From assembly GCA_016868035.1 (NCBI GenBank), contig VGID01000001.1, positions 198,509 to 262,508 on the forward strand: a DNA stretch of 64,000 bases, read 5' to 3'. Origin of the DNA: Betaproteobacteria bacterium. GTDB lineage: Bacteria > Pseudomonadota > Gammaproteobacteria > Burkholderiales > SG8-41. Position numbers and translations under genes: made by a program. This document shows, piece by piece, positions 41,157 to 50,116 of this stretch (positions within the stretch are counted from its first letter, which is position 1; each line of letters starts with the position of its first letter). Under the pieces are notes generated by a model. It saw only the letters and a list, made by a program, of their open reading frames with translations, did not search any database and had not been told where the DNA came from.

Positions 41157-42400
41157 GCCATTTCGAATACAAAAACGGCGAGCTGCACGCGGAATCAGCC
41201 TCTCTGCGCCAGATCGCCGAGCGCTTCGGCACGCCCTGCTACGTGTACTCGCGCGCCGCGCTGACCGCGGCCTACCGCGCGTTCGACGCGGCCTTCGCCG
41301 GCCACGACCACCTCGTGTGCTACGCGGTGAAGGCGAATTCCAATCTCGCCGTGCTGAACCTTTTTGCCCGTCTGGGCAGCGGCTTCGACATCGTGTCCGG
41401 CGGCGAGCTGCAGAGAGTGCTCGGCGCGGGCGGCGACCCCGCAAAGGTCGTGTTTTCCGGGGTCGGCAAGTCCGCCGAGGAGATGCGCGAGGCGCTGGCT
41501 GCGGGGATTCTGTGCTTCAACGTGGAGTCGGAAGCGGAGCTCGCGCGGCTGAGCCGGGTGGCTGCCCGGGCCGGCGGGACGGCGGCGGTGAGCCTGCGCG
41601 TCAATCCCGACGTAGATCCCCGTACCCACCCCTACATCGCCACCGGTTTGCGGCAGAACAAGTTCGGCGTGCCGTACCGCGACGCGCTCGATCTCTACCG
41701 GCGCGCGCGCGAGCTCCCGAATATCGCCATCTCCGGCATTGGCTGTCACATCGGCTCGCAGCTGACCGACGTGACCCCGTTCGTCGCGGCGCTCGACCGC
41801 ATCCTGGAGCTGGCGGACCGGTTGCAGGCGGACGGCATTGCGCTCGCGCACGTGGACATCGGCGGCGGGCTCGGCATCCGCTACCACGACGAGTCCCCGC
41901 CCCGGGTCGAGGACTACGCCAGCGCGCTCGCGCCGCGGCTCGGCAGGCGCGCGTTGAAGCTCCTACTGGAGCCCGGCCGCGTGCTGGTCGGCCACGCGGG
42001 GGTGCTGCTCACGCGGGTCGAGTATCTGAAGCGCGGCCCGGAGAAAAACTTCGCGGTGGTGGACGCGGCGATGAACGATCTCATGCGCCCCGCGCTCTAC
42101 GACGCCTGGCACGACGTGCTGCCGGTCTCCCGCGCCGGCCGCAGCGGCGGGGCGCCCTACGAGATTGTCGGTCCGGTGTGCGAAAGTGGGGACTTCCTCG
42201 CGCGCGGGCGCACGCTCGAGCTCCGGGAGGCCGAGCTGCTCGCCGTCATGGCGGCGGGCGCCTACGGGATGAGCATGAGCTCCAACTACAACACCCGCCC
42301 GCGGGCGGCCGAAGTCATGGTGGACGGCGGAGACACGTACCTGGTGCGCGAGCGCGAAACCGTCGCGCAACTGCTGGCGCGCGAGACGATTCTTCCGTGA
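41153..42400 (+). CDS. lysA: diaminopimelate decarboxylase
   Basis: 415 aa from the GTG overlapping the lptM stop (GTGA). PLP motif YAVKAN; GGGLGI and CESGD motifs. Confidence 0.96.
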   Translation: MSHFEYKNGELHAESASLRQIAERFGTPCYVYSRAALTAAYRAFDAAFAGHDHLVCYAVKANSNLAVLNLFARLGSGFDIVSGGELQRVLGAGGDPAKVVFSGVGKSAEEMREALAAGILCFNVESEAELARLSRVAARAGGTAAVSLRVNPDVDPRTHPYIATGLRQNKFGVPYRDALDLYRRARELPNIAISGIGCHIGSQLTDVTPFVAALDRILELADRLQADGIALAHVDIGGGLGIRYHDESPPRVEDYASALAPRLGRRALKLLLEPGRVLVGHAGVLLTRVEYLKRGPEKNFAVVDAAMNDLMRPALYDAWHDVLPVSRAGRSGGAPYEIVGPVCESGDFLARGRTLELREAELLAVMAAGAYGMSMSSNYNTRPRAAEVMVDGGDTYLVRERETVAQLLARETILP

Positions 42401-42526
42401 GTGAACGTGGTTCCGGGTTTCGCGTTCCGGGTTTCGAGCTCCAGGTTCCACGTTCCAGGTTTCGGGTTTCGGGTTTCGGGTTTCGGGTTTCGGTTTTTTT
42501 GAACCTTGAACTTTGAACCTTGAACG
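42401..42526. repeat. heptad-periodic element M: 18 consecutive in-phase heptads that switch from GGTTYCG-type to TTGAACY-type at about 42495
   Basis: Starts 1 nt after the lysA stop and includes 5 perfect GGGTTTC units. It marks the left edge of the accessory block. Confidence 0.9.
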
Positions 42527-42610
42527 CGGAATCGCAAGCGGCGGCGCGCCGCATTGTTGCAGCAAACACGACGAATCATATGCCATGGTCAAGCGGAATC
42601 AAGAAAGATG

Positions 42611-42638
42611 TTGCATTTTTTTGACTGTGGCATAGAAT
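42611..42638 (+). promoter_or_regulatory. sigma70-type promoter of the poly-lysine micro-ORF transcript
   Basis: TTGCAT, 16-nt spacer, TAGAAT, in a locally AT-rich stretch. Confidence 0.5.
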
Positions 42639-42644
42639 GGGCGC

Positions 42645-42780
42645 ACCAAGCATAACGTTCCGAAGAATTTTTTCGGAGCGGAACAGAGCAAAGCAGCGAA
42701 TACTGTTTACGTTATGCGATGGGGTGCGGACGCAAACCCGCGCGCAGCGATGCCTAAGTCAACTTTAAAGGAGACTTGAA
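42645..42780 (+). other. structured 5' leader of about 135 nt (candidate cis-regulatory RNA)
   Basis: GCATAACGT (42650-58) pairs with ACGTTATGC (42709-17). This encloses hairpins TCCGAA/TTCGGA (42659-77) and AACAG/CTGTT (42682-42707). The SD AAAGGAG follows. Confidence 0.4.
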
Positions 42781-42825
42781 ATGGCAAAGAAAAAAGCAGC
42801 GAAAAAGAAAGCCAAGAAAAAGTAG
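42781..42825 (+). CDS. 14-codon poly-lysine micro-ORF (MAKKKAAKKKAKKK)
   Basis: ATG 7 nt after AAAGGAG. The stop is followed within 15 nt by a strong terminator. Coding status is unproven. Confidence 0.35.
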   Translation: MAKKKAAKKKAKKK

Positions 42826-42839
42826 TTTTGCCTGCTCAC

Positions 42840-42874
42840 GGGGGCCGGGCATCCCCCGGCCTCCGTTATTTTTT
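42840..42874 (+). terminator. rho-independent terminator after the micro-ORF
   Basis: 10-bp GC-rich stem (42840-49 / 42855-64) followed by GTTATTTTTT. Confidence 0.75.
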
Positions 42875-43305
42875 CATTCCTTCGCGCGGCGCATCCGCCT
42901 GCCGCCACCACACCGACAGCTACCACACCCCCGGCTGCAGCGCCCGCTTGGCTGGGTAATTATCCTATATTAATCAATGTGTTGTTTAGCGCGTCGCATG
43001 ACGCGTCGGGTCGCAGCCACGTCCGCTTTGCTGGTACGCATGGAGAAAGTACTGCCAGTCGTGCGTGCGCACATCGTCGCGTTTGGCGCGCCGCACGCGG
43101 TCGAGCACGCTGCGCAGCCAGAGATGCAGCGCGGCATCGTGTCGCGGTACTCATCCGCACATAATGTTTTTTCGCGGCTCGCGCACGCTCGTCGTCCGGC
43201 TCGGCGCACACAAGCTCGCAGTCCAGTCAACCACGGATGCGAGCCGTGGGCGCCGGATGCGCCCGGGCGGGATTCCTGGGCGAGCAGTGCGCGGAACGAT
43301 GCGCT

Positions 43306-43336
43306 GCGTCCGTTCGAAATCCCGGAGATAAACCGG
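43306..43336. repeat. 31-nt direct repeat, copy 1 (GCGTCCGTTCGAAATCCCGGAGATAAACCGG)
   Basis: 26 of 31 nt identical to 43381-43411, 75 nt away. Confidence 0.75.
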
Positions 43337-43380
43337 AGCTCCGGGGCGTCCACGTCCCAACGCGTGTTGAACGGCGCGAG

Positions 43381-43411
43381 GCGTCCGTTCGAACTCGCGT
43401 AGATAAACCGG
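43381..43411. repeat. 31-nt direct repeat, copy 2 (GCGTCCGTTCGAACTCGCGTAGATAAACCGG)
   Basis: See copy 1. Its GATAAACCGG end forms an inverted repeat with CCGGATTTATC, which overlaps the anti-sigma stop codon. Confidence 0.75.
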
Positions 43412-43433
43412 CGCCGGCAGGCGTCCGGATTTA

Positions 43434-44186
43434 TCAGGGATTGAGCTGGCGGTACACCGCGGTGGCCACCCGCAGCAACTCGTCCTTCCCGATTTCTCCG
43501 GAAAGGGCGTAACCGAGCTTGCGGTCGATCCAGTAGAACACGCCCACGTTCCTCTCCTGCGCGAAGCGGAACGCGGTCTCGCGGCTATCCTCGGGATTGA
43601 CGCGCACGTAGAGCGTCAGCCGCTGCCCCCTGGCATCCTGGTACATGAACTGCGCCGCCGGCCCGCGCTCGTCCGGGAGCAGCCTCCCGCCCACGAGCGC
43701 GTAGCCGAGATCGCCCAGGTGGGGGATCCTGAGCGGGGCGCCGAGCCGCTTGGAGAGCCAGTTGACGAGGTGCTTCTCCTGGTCGGCGCCGACTTCCACC
43801 GGGTGCCGCACCTCGGGGCTGTAGACCACGTGGGCGATGGCCGCGCGGTGCGGCCACGCCGTCGCCTCTGTGCGCCGCTCCGCCTGGAGCCCGTGCAGGT
43901 GCCAGCCGGCGACCCCGCCCAGCGTGACCCACGCGACGATCGCGGCGTATCGCAGGACGGGCTGGCGGCGCTCCACCCGCGCCGCCAGCCGCTGCGGCAC
44001 GGGCTCCTCGAGCACCGGGGCGTAGCGCGCGCGCAGCGCCTCGTTCTGCCTGCGGTAGGCCACGACGCGCTCGGATTCCTCGGGATGGCCCGCAAGATAG
44101 GCCTCGACTTCGGCGCGGCGCGCTTCGGGCAGCACGCCGTCCACGTACCCGTGCAGGTCGGATTCGGTGACGGGAAGCTGGCTCAT
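43434..44186 (-). CDS. anti-sigma factor (N-terminal anti-sigma domain, one TM helix, periplasmic domain)
   Basis: 250 aa within ORF 43434..44738. LHGYVDGVLPEARRAEVEAYLAGHPE is typical of ECF anti-sigma factors. ATGA overlap with the sigma gene stop. Confidence 0.8.
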   Translation of the reverse strand: MSQLPVTESDLHGYVDGVLPEARRAEVEAYLAGHPEESERVVAYRRQNEALRARYAPVLEEPVPQRLAARVERRQPVLRYAAIVAWVTLGGVAGWHLHGLQAERRTEATAWPHRAAIAHVVYSPEVRHPVEVGADQEKHLVNWLSKRLGAPLRIPHLGDLGYALVGGRLLPDERGPAAQFMYQDARGQRLTLYVRVNPEDSRETAFRFAQERNVGVFYWIDRKLGYALSGEIGKDELLRVATAVYRQLNP

Positions 44187-44692
44187 TTGACGACCTTCAG
44201 AATTGCGCTCTCGGGCTGTCCGGACGAGACGCGGCGCAGGCGCTCGCGAGCGCGGGAGAGCCGCGACATCACGGTGCCGACCGGTATGCCGAGGGCGTCG
44301 GCGGTTTCCTGGTACGACAGCTCTTCCAGCGCGACGAGCAACAGCACCTCGCGCTGCTCGCCGGGCAGCAGCTTCAGCGCCGCCTCCAGGTCGCGGATCT
44401 CCAACCGGTCGGCCTGGACCGCGCGCTCGGGCAGTTCCATGGCCTCGCCATCGAGCGCGACGTGCGGCCCGGGACGGCGTCCCCGCACCTGGTTGATGAA
44501 AACATTGTGCATGACGGTAAACAGCCAGGCGCGGAGATCGCTGCCGCGCCGCCACAAGTGGCGCTTCGCCCACGCGCGCTCGAGCGTGTCCTGCACCAGG
44601 TCGTCGGCAGCCTCGCGCTCGCCGGTGAGGGCGCGCGCGTAACGCCGCAGCCGGGGAATGTGCTGCTCGATCAGGCGTTCGTGTTCGTTCAC
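44183..44692 (-). CDS. ECF-type RNA polymerase sigma-70 family factor
   Basis: 169 aa with region 2 (DLVQDTLERAW) and region 4 (LSYQETADALGIPVGTVMSRLSRAR). Confidence 0.93.
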   Translation of the reverse strand: MNEHERLIEQHIPRLRRYARALTGEREAADDLVQDTLERAWAKRHLWRRGSDLRAWLFTVMHNVFINQVRGRRPGPHVALDGEAMELPERAVQADRLEIRDLEAALKLLPGEQREVLLLVALEELSYQETADALGIPVGTVMSRLSRARERLRRVSSGQPESAILKVVK

Positions 44693-44833
44693 TTGCCTCT
44701 GACCGGCCTGCCTGTTTTTCCGGCGGACCCGCGCCCAAGCTCGCGTTCAGCGGGCATCCAGGCCCCTACGCTCGTAAACAACGGCCGCACCGCCACTATT
44801 CCCCCCAACCGTCAACCTTCAACGACATTCGCG

Positions 44834-45058
<225 letters not shown>

Positions 45059-45463
45059 TCAGACGAAACGATTGCGCAGCGCACGGCCGCGCCGGGTGCG
45101 ATAGATGTGAAAGCCGCTGTCAAGCGTGGCGATGTCCCCAAGGCCCAGGGCATCCGCAAGCCAGAGCAGGCTCGCATCGGCAAAATCCATCGGCCGATCG
45201 GAATATTTCTCCATCAGCGCAGCGAGAAGTGGGAGATCTTGCGCAGGGACATGGACTAGAGCGAAATTGCTCCGCCCGATGCCGCGCAGGAATGGAGCGA
45301 TCCGGTGGCGAGGCAGCAGGGAACACGCTTCCGTAACCACCGCAACCGTCGTCAATAGCGCGCCGTCGAAGCCATCGAAAAAGGCGACTGCCGCTTGGTG
45401 CCGGCGCTCCGCCTCGTTGGCGAGCGCCACGAGCGGGCCGGTGTCAACGATCAGCCTTCGCAC
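45059..45463 (-). CDS. PIN-domain toxin (VapC-like)
   Basis: GTG start (VRRLIVDTGPLVAL) within ORF 45059..45508. Acidic PIN residues are present. Overlaps the upstream antitoxin by 20 nt. Confidence 0.8.
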   Translation of the reverse strand: MRRLIVDTGPLVALANEAERRHQAAVAFFDGFDGALLTTVAVVTEACSLLPRHRIAPFLRGIGRSNFALVHVPAQDLPLLAALMEKYSDRPMDFADASLLWLADALGLGDIATLDSGFHIYRTRRGRALRNRFV

Positions 45464-45704
45464 GGAAGGCCTGGCGCAGATACTTCTGGTGATTCTGGCC
45501 GAGATCACGCGGGCCCGAGAAGCAGCCTACGAAGCCCAGTTCGCGCGCGACCTGCCCAAACGGCTTGCGCCGGGCGGCGCGCGCGAGATCCATGATCGCG
45601 CGCTTGACGACTTCCGAGCGCGACGCCCCGAGTTCCTCGCACAGCGCGGCGAGCGCCGCCGCTTCCTGATCGTCGAGCCGCACCGTGAGCATTTTCATCA
45701 GCAA
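45444..45704 (-). CDS. ribbon-helix-helix (CopG-like) antitoxin
   Basis: 86 aa. N-terminal beta-strand MLTVRLDDQEAAAL is followed by two helices. Paired with the PIN gene. Confidence 0.8.
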   Translation of the reverse strand: MLMKMLTVRLDDQEAAALAALCEELGASRSEVVKRAIMDLARAARRKPFGQVARELGFVGCFSGPRDLGQNHQKYLRQAFRAKADR

Positions 45705-45804
45705 CCTGGACCGGTGAATTGTATTACAACAATAATACCCTGACCCCGTGAAAGTCGCAATGAATCAGATGAAACCACGGCGTTCATGGAAAGAACGCCG
45801 CGTG

Positions 45805-46257
45805 TCAGGATTTCAGGCCGAGCAGCCCCGCGAGATCCTTATGGGTGAGCGGATCGACGATGCGCACGCCCTCGAGCACCGATTCGGCGCTGAAGTCCTC
45901 GCTCAACAGCAAACTCACGCCGGCATCGCGCGCCGTCGCCCACAGCAGGGCATCCCAGAATCCGATCCGCCGTGAGACGGTTGCCGCAATCGCCCGGTTC
46001 AGGGTCGAAGCTTTCGCCACCACGACCGGGAAGAGGTCCTGCCAGGCTTCCACCTGCGCCTTGGCTTCCGCCGCGGGAAGCTTGCCCTTGCGCGTAACGG
46101 CAAAATAGAACTCGGCAAGCGCCTGGAGCGTCAGGACGCAGTCGGCCTTCAGCGCGAGCGCGACGAGCTTCTGCGCCTTGACATGCTTGTCCCTGGCGCT
46201 CGTATCCACCGCGTACACGAGCAGGTTGGTGTCAACCGTGACGCGTTCCGCGCTCAT
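45805..46257 (-). CDS. vapC: PIN-domain toxin VapC
   Basis: 150 aa. VTVDTNLLVYA and further conserved acidic residues. Confidence 0.87.
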   Translation of the reverse strand: MSAERVTVDTNLLVYAVDTSARDKHVKAQKLVALALKADCVLTLQALAEFYFAVTRKGKLPAAEAKAQVEAWQDLFPVVVAKASTLNRAIAATVSRRIGFWDALLWATARDAGVSLLLSEDFSAESVLEGVRIVDPLTHKDLAGLLGLKS

Positions 46258-46486
46258 GGAGTTCGTCCCTGATCACTTTCCCGATGTTCAGTTCCCGCGC
46301 GCTCGACTTGATCAGATTCCAGGCCCGCAACTGCGCCGCGGTCGGCTCGCGCAAACGGCTCACTTTGACGATCCTGGCAATCGGCTTGCCCCGCCGCGTA
46401 ATGATGACCTCCTCGCCGCGCTCGACGGCCTCGATGTAGCGCGAAAAGTTCTGGTTCGCTTCCCTCAGGCTGACCTGCTGTTTCAT
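46232..46486 (-). CDS. Phd/YefM-family antitoxin
   Basis: 84 aa. VSLREANQNFSRYIEAVERGEEVIITRRGKPIARI is typical. Overlaps vapC by 26 nt. Confidence 0.87.
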   Translation of the reverse strand: MKQQVSLREANQNFSRYIEAVERGEEVIITRRGKPIARIVKVSRLREPTAAQLRAWNLIKSSARELNIGKVIRDELHERGTRHG

Positions 46487-46516
46487 GCTACGGCTCCTTG
46501 ATGGACAAATTAAAAT

Positions 46517-46532
46517 TGTAGGACGTTCTACA
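46517..46532 (-). promoter_or_regulatory. candidate operator palindrome upstream of the phd-vapC operon
   Basis: TGTAG-N6-CTACA inverted repeat in an AT-rich stretch 30-45 nt upstream of the antitoxin ATG. Confidence 0.45.
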
Positions 46533-46714
46533 TTAATGCGTCAAGCCGAAAGCACTCTCCGACTCGCCTCCGTAGCGCGGGCCACGGAAGACGGGGCCCG
46601 CCCGGGTCCAAACGATCACGCTGCCGGCGGCGATCCGCTCATCGGGGACAAACAGCGTTCCGCTGCCCACCAAGCGCGCTGCCATCGGGTCTGAGCGGCA
46701 GCCGTCATCGTACG

Positions 46715-46945
46715 TCAGTTCTCGGTCGGCTCGACGGCGAAGCTCTCGGGCGGCTCGCCGCGCTGATACCGCTCCCACATCCTGACGTAAGCCGCCTCGA
46801 GATGACGCCGGAAACGATCGGTGTCGAACAGCGGATGGGTGCCGCGGTTCGCAGCCAGTTTCGCCTTCACCGCGGCGTGATGCTCGCGGTTCGTGGCAAG
46901 CTCGAGCGCCAGAGCCTCATACTCGTCCAGCGAGCGCGTGATCAA
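46715..46945 (-). pseudogene. 3' remnant of a TPR/SPINDLY-type O-GlcNAc transferase family gene
   Basis: The 76-aa tail (LITRSLDEYEALALELA...LFDTDRFRRHLEAAYVRMWERYQRGE) matches the conserved C-terminus of proteins of about 600-700 aa. No upstream body is present. Confidence 0.65.
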
Positions 46946-47195
46946 CTCATGGCGGAGCGCCGCGACCGTTCGGCGCCGCCGCCGCCCTGTTCCATGAAGA
47001 TCAGCGCGTGCAATCCGGGAGCAAGGAGAAACGACGGAACCCGGGCATGCCGATGGAACTCAGAAGTGGCCCACGGAGACCACAGAGAGTCCGTCTTTCG
47101 CTGTCTTTCCAAGAACTGCGTGTCCCCGATGGCAAGCGGTGCCTGCGGTTGAACTTGCCAAGAGGCCCACAGGCCTGCGTGCGGAGCTTGCGGAC

Positions 47196-47220
47196 AAAAA
47201 AAGGGGCGCCGAAGCGCCCC
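47196..47220 (-). terminator. rho-independent terminator after the porin gene
   Basis: GGGGCGC-ttcg-GCGCCCC stem followed by UUUUUUU on the minus strand. Confidence 0.8.
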
Positions 47221-47242
47221 TTTCTTGCAGCAAGGATGAAGC

Positions 47243-48379
47243 TCAGAAACTGTGGTTCATGAAGAGCGACCAGGCGCTGGCGCTCTTGCCCGCTGCGACG
47301 TTCGCCGCACCGGCAGTCTGCCCGGTAAGGTTGTACCTGCCGGAGCTATCGTTGCTGAGCTTGACGTAACCGATGCCAGCGGTGGTGCGCTTGCTCAAGC
47401 TGTTCCTGTAGTTGATCTGCCACTGCTTGGCGCCCGAATCGGCGACGGACGCGGTGCCGCCGTAGTCGCCCGCCCTGGCATAACCGCCGCGGATCGAGTG
47501 CGGCCCGCCGAGTTGCCAGTCCGCGGCAAGATTCCAGCCCTTACGTTCGGTCTGTGTGGTCGCCGAAACATCCCACTCCAGCTTCGCATAGGTCAGGCCC
47601 ACCTTGACCGGCCCGTAGGTATAGGTTCCGCCGAGGAGCCAGGCCTTGTCGCTTCGGCCAGCAGCATTACCAACGGCGATGTTGTCGTCTTTCTTCGCGT
47701 ATCCCGCAACGACCGCGAACGGGCCTTGCGCGAACTGCCCGGCGATACCGACCTCGCGGCCGCTGACAGTGGCCGTCGTCAGGGCATTACGCTCCGCCTG
47801 CGTGATGGTGGCCTGGCCCATCAACGAGAAGCCGCCCCACCTGGGCGAGTGGTAGCTGACGGAATTCGCGAGCCGGTTCGAAAAACCGGAATTGTTCGTC
47901 GGATGCGAGTTGGGGCTGAGCGTAAACAGCTGCGTACCCGTCCAGCCCGTTTCTTCCGTGATCCGGGTCACGCCCGAGACGATCTTGATCGGGCTGTCCC
48001 AGCTGCCGATGAACACGTTGCCCCACGCACCGCGCAGGCCGAGCGCGCTGTTGCGGTCGCACCACACACCCGTCGTTGCGCCAGGTCCCGGTGCAGCAGT
48101 TGTACCACTGAGGAACCGCAGGTCCGATTCGCACTGGAACCACGCGGAGAGCCCGCCGCCCAGTTTTTCCTCGCCCCTCAATCCGATCCGCGAGGCACCG
48201 GAATTGAGCGCTGTTGCGCTTATCCGCGATGCGCCCGCTGCGTTCTCCGGCTGCTTGACGCTGATACCGTATTCCACGTTAAAAACGCCATAGATGCCCA
48301 CGGTTGACGCTTGCGCGAACGCCAGCGCCGGAGCAGCCAGGGCTCCCGCTACTGCTAGTGTCATCACCTTCTTTTGCAT
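47243..48379 (-). CDS. outer-membrane trimeric porin (gram-negative porin family)
   Basis: 378 aa with a signal peptide, alternating beta-strand pattern and C-terminal aromatic F. Confidence 0.92.
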   Translation of the reverse strand: MQKKVMTLAVAGALAAPALAFAQASTVGIYGVFNVEYGISVKQPENAAGASRISATALNSGASRIGLRGEEKLGGGLSAWFQCESDLRFLSGTTAAPGPGATTGVWCDRNSALGLRGAWGNVFIGSWDSPIKIVSGVTRITEETGWTGTQLFTLSPNSHPTNNSGFSNRLANSVSYHSPRWGGFSLMGQATITQAERNALTTATVSGREVGIAGQFAQGPFAVVAGYAKKDDNIAVGNAAGRSDKAWLLGGTYTYGPVKVGLTYAKLEWDVSATTQTERKGWNLAADWQLGGPHSIRGGYARAGDYGGTASVADSGAKQWQINYRNSLSKRTTAGIGYVKLSNDSSGRYNLTGQTAGAANVAAGKSASAWSLFMNHSF

Positions 48380-48794
48380 ACATCTCTCCTTGTTTTCGTT
48401 TAACGCATTGCCGCTATCGCATCACGTGTGTACGACAGCCCAATGTTTCCCCCCCTTGCGGCGAGGTTGGAGAAATTATGCCCAGCCGACTGCGCGCGAA
48501 ACAACAAAACCGGGTATTTATGCGCGGAATTTCATCGGGAATGTTGCGCGGAAGCAACGACTCTGGCGGCCCGCTGTGTCCCGGTCAGGTATCCGACAAA
48601 TACGAGTTTATTATTAATATGTTACGATCGCATCAAGCCAGCTTGAGATCCCACCCGCAAAGCCTGGGGGCTAAACCATCCCGCCAAGGCACCGCGAAAA
48701 ACGAAAAAGACGTACCGGCGTTGCCCGTGACCCGCTCGATGGAGGAAAGCCCCAAGCGGCACCGAACGGGCCGCCCGGAGAAGGCATAACACCT

Positions 48795-49139
48795 TTAAGA
48801 ACAAGCGCTTGCTCGCGCGCACGGGGTCAGGTCTTGCCTTTTGCCTTGGACAATCTCAGGAGCTGCGTTCGAGCACGCGCAAAAGGCAAGAGCTGATTCG
48901 AGCGCGGCCCGGCGCACCGCGTCTACCTCGGCCTGGATCTCCTGCATCGACATCTGCGGAAGCTTGGCGGCGGTGAAGGCGTCCGCCGCCTCGAACAACC
49001 CCCGAGCGCGTTTTGCCCGCAGCGCCATCTTGAGCAAGGCCGCGACGGTCTCCAGCGTGAACAACCCCGCGGCCCGCGCTTCTTCAGCGAGCTGGTCGGG
49101 CAACGAGAGCTTCAGTTCCACGGTCGTCATCGTCATCAT
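48795..49139 (-). CDS. antitoxin-like small protein, orphan (no cognate toxin downstream)
   Basis: The N-terminal ~80 aa (TVELKLSLPDQLAEEARAAGL...MSMQEIQAEVDAVRRA) resemble antitoxins that precede PIN toxins. The C-terminal tail is atypical and no toxin ORF follows. Confidence 0.4.
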   Translation of the reverse strand: MMTMTTVELKLSLPDQLAEEARAAGLFTLETVAALLKMALRAKRARGLFEAADAFTAAKLPQMSMQEIQAEVDAVRRAALESALAFCACSNAAPEIVQGKRQDLTPCARASACS

Positions 49140-49187
49140 TCCTTACAGGTCAACGCCGATTCTCAGGCAGCGTTGACCAGACTCATT

Positions 49188-49766
49188 TTAAGGATTCTGT
49201 CGGGCGCCGACCCCGACAGAATCCTTGCGCTCGACCACGACCCAGAAGCCCATCGGCATGCGGTTGAAAGCCACCAGGTCGAAGCGCTCGATCAGCCCGG
49301 GCAGCCACCACTCGGGCGGCTGCTGTATGAGATGGGCGTTGCGCCCGTCGGGCAGGGTCTTCACCGCCTCACCGGTGTGAACGGTGAAGATCCCCTTTCC
49401 CGCCGTGACCCGCTTGAGATCGTCGAGGACGTTGTCGAGCAGGTCGGGCTCGATGTGCTCCAGCACGTCAATGCACGCGACGAGGCTGCAGGGATCCGGC
49501 GGCGCGGACCACTCGGGGACTGCCGGATCGTACTGGTGGATCGTGAGGTGGAGGTCGAACTCCTCGCGCAGCGTCTTGTCCAGCCGGCCCTTGCCCGCGC
49601 CGTAATCGAGCATCTCGGTCGCGCCCACCTGCCGGATCACGTCGGCGACGAGCGGGGCGTAGCCGACCGACGCGACGCCGTAACCGGGATTCTCGTGCAG
49701 CTTGCGCTGCAGCTCCCGGTATTCCTCGCTGATCAGCGGGGGAGCCTGAGTGGAGGCTCGCATCAT
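49188..49766 (-). CDS. class I SAM-dependent methyltransferase (192 aa)
   Basis: SAM motif I MLDYGAGKG and motif DVLEHIEPD. The start lies 5 nt after the mazF stop. Confidence 0.75.
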   Translation of the reverse strand: MMRASTQAPPLISEEYRELQRKLHENPGYGVASVGYAPLVADVIRQVGATEMLDYGAGKGRLDKTLREEFDLHLTIHQYDPAVPEWSAPPDPCSLVACIDVLEHIEPDLLDNVLDDLKRVTAGKGIFTVHTGEAVKTLPDGRNAHLIQQPPEWWLPGLIERFDLVAFNRMPMGFWVVVERKDSVGVGARQNP

Positions 49767-49771
49767 TGCGG

Positions 49772-50113
49772 TCAGGTTACCAAGGGGGCCAATCGACTCA
49801 AGACGTCTTCCATGACATAGGCCGGCACCGTCTCGACGAACCGGGCGCCGCGAGCGGAAAAATCCAGCGTGCGCGGCTGATCACAGATCACAACGCCTTG
49901 CGTCTGCGTTCCTGCGCCCATGAGCGTGCAAGCGAAACCGGTGCTGCGCGCGAGGGTCTGGCCCCGGCTCACGGGCAATACGATCACGAGGCCGTATTTG
50001 TCGTGTTCCGCCGGTGACAGCACGAACACAAACCGCTTTCCTCGCTGCTCCCTGCCTTTGATGGGGTCGAGGTCGATGTGGTAGATATCGCCCCGCCCCG
50101 GTACGCGCGCCAT
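49772..50113 (-). CDS. mazF: MazF/PemK-family endoribonuclease toxin
   Basis: 113 aa. RGDIYHIDLDPIKGREQRGKRFVFVLS is typical of the family. Confidence 0.87.
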   Translation of the reverse strand: MARVPGRGDIYHIDLDPIKGREQRGKRFVFVLSPAEHDKYGLVIVLPVSRGQTLARSTGFACTLMGAGTQTQGVVICDQPRTLDFSARGARFVETVPAYVMEDVLSRLAPLVT

Positions 50114-50116
50114 CCG

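Noticed and set aside
42776-42973. A 65-aa ORF (TTG start) overlapping the poly-lysine micro-ORF in another frame.
   Set aside because: It reads straight through a strong terminator hairpin, has no SD at proper spacing and encodes low-complexity K/R- then P-rich sequence. The ATG frame, with its 7-nt SD spacing and a stop before the terminator, is more coherent.
46533-46778. An 81-aa minus-strand ORF between the phd-vapC operon and the glycosyltransferase remnant.
   Set aside because: It has no SD and no recognisable motif, and it overlaps the end of the remnant. It is probably non-coding debris.
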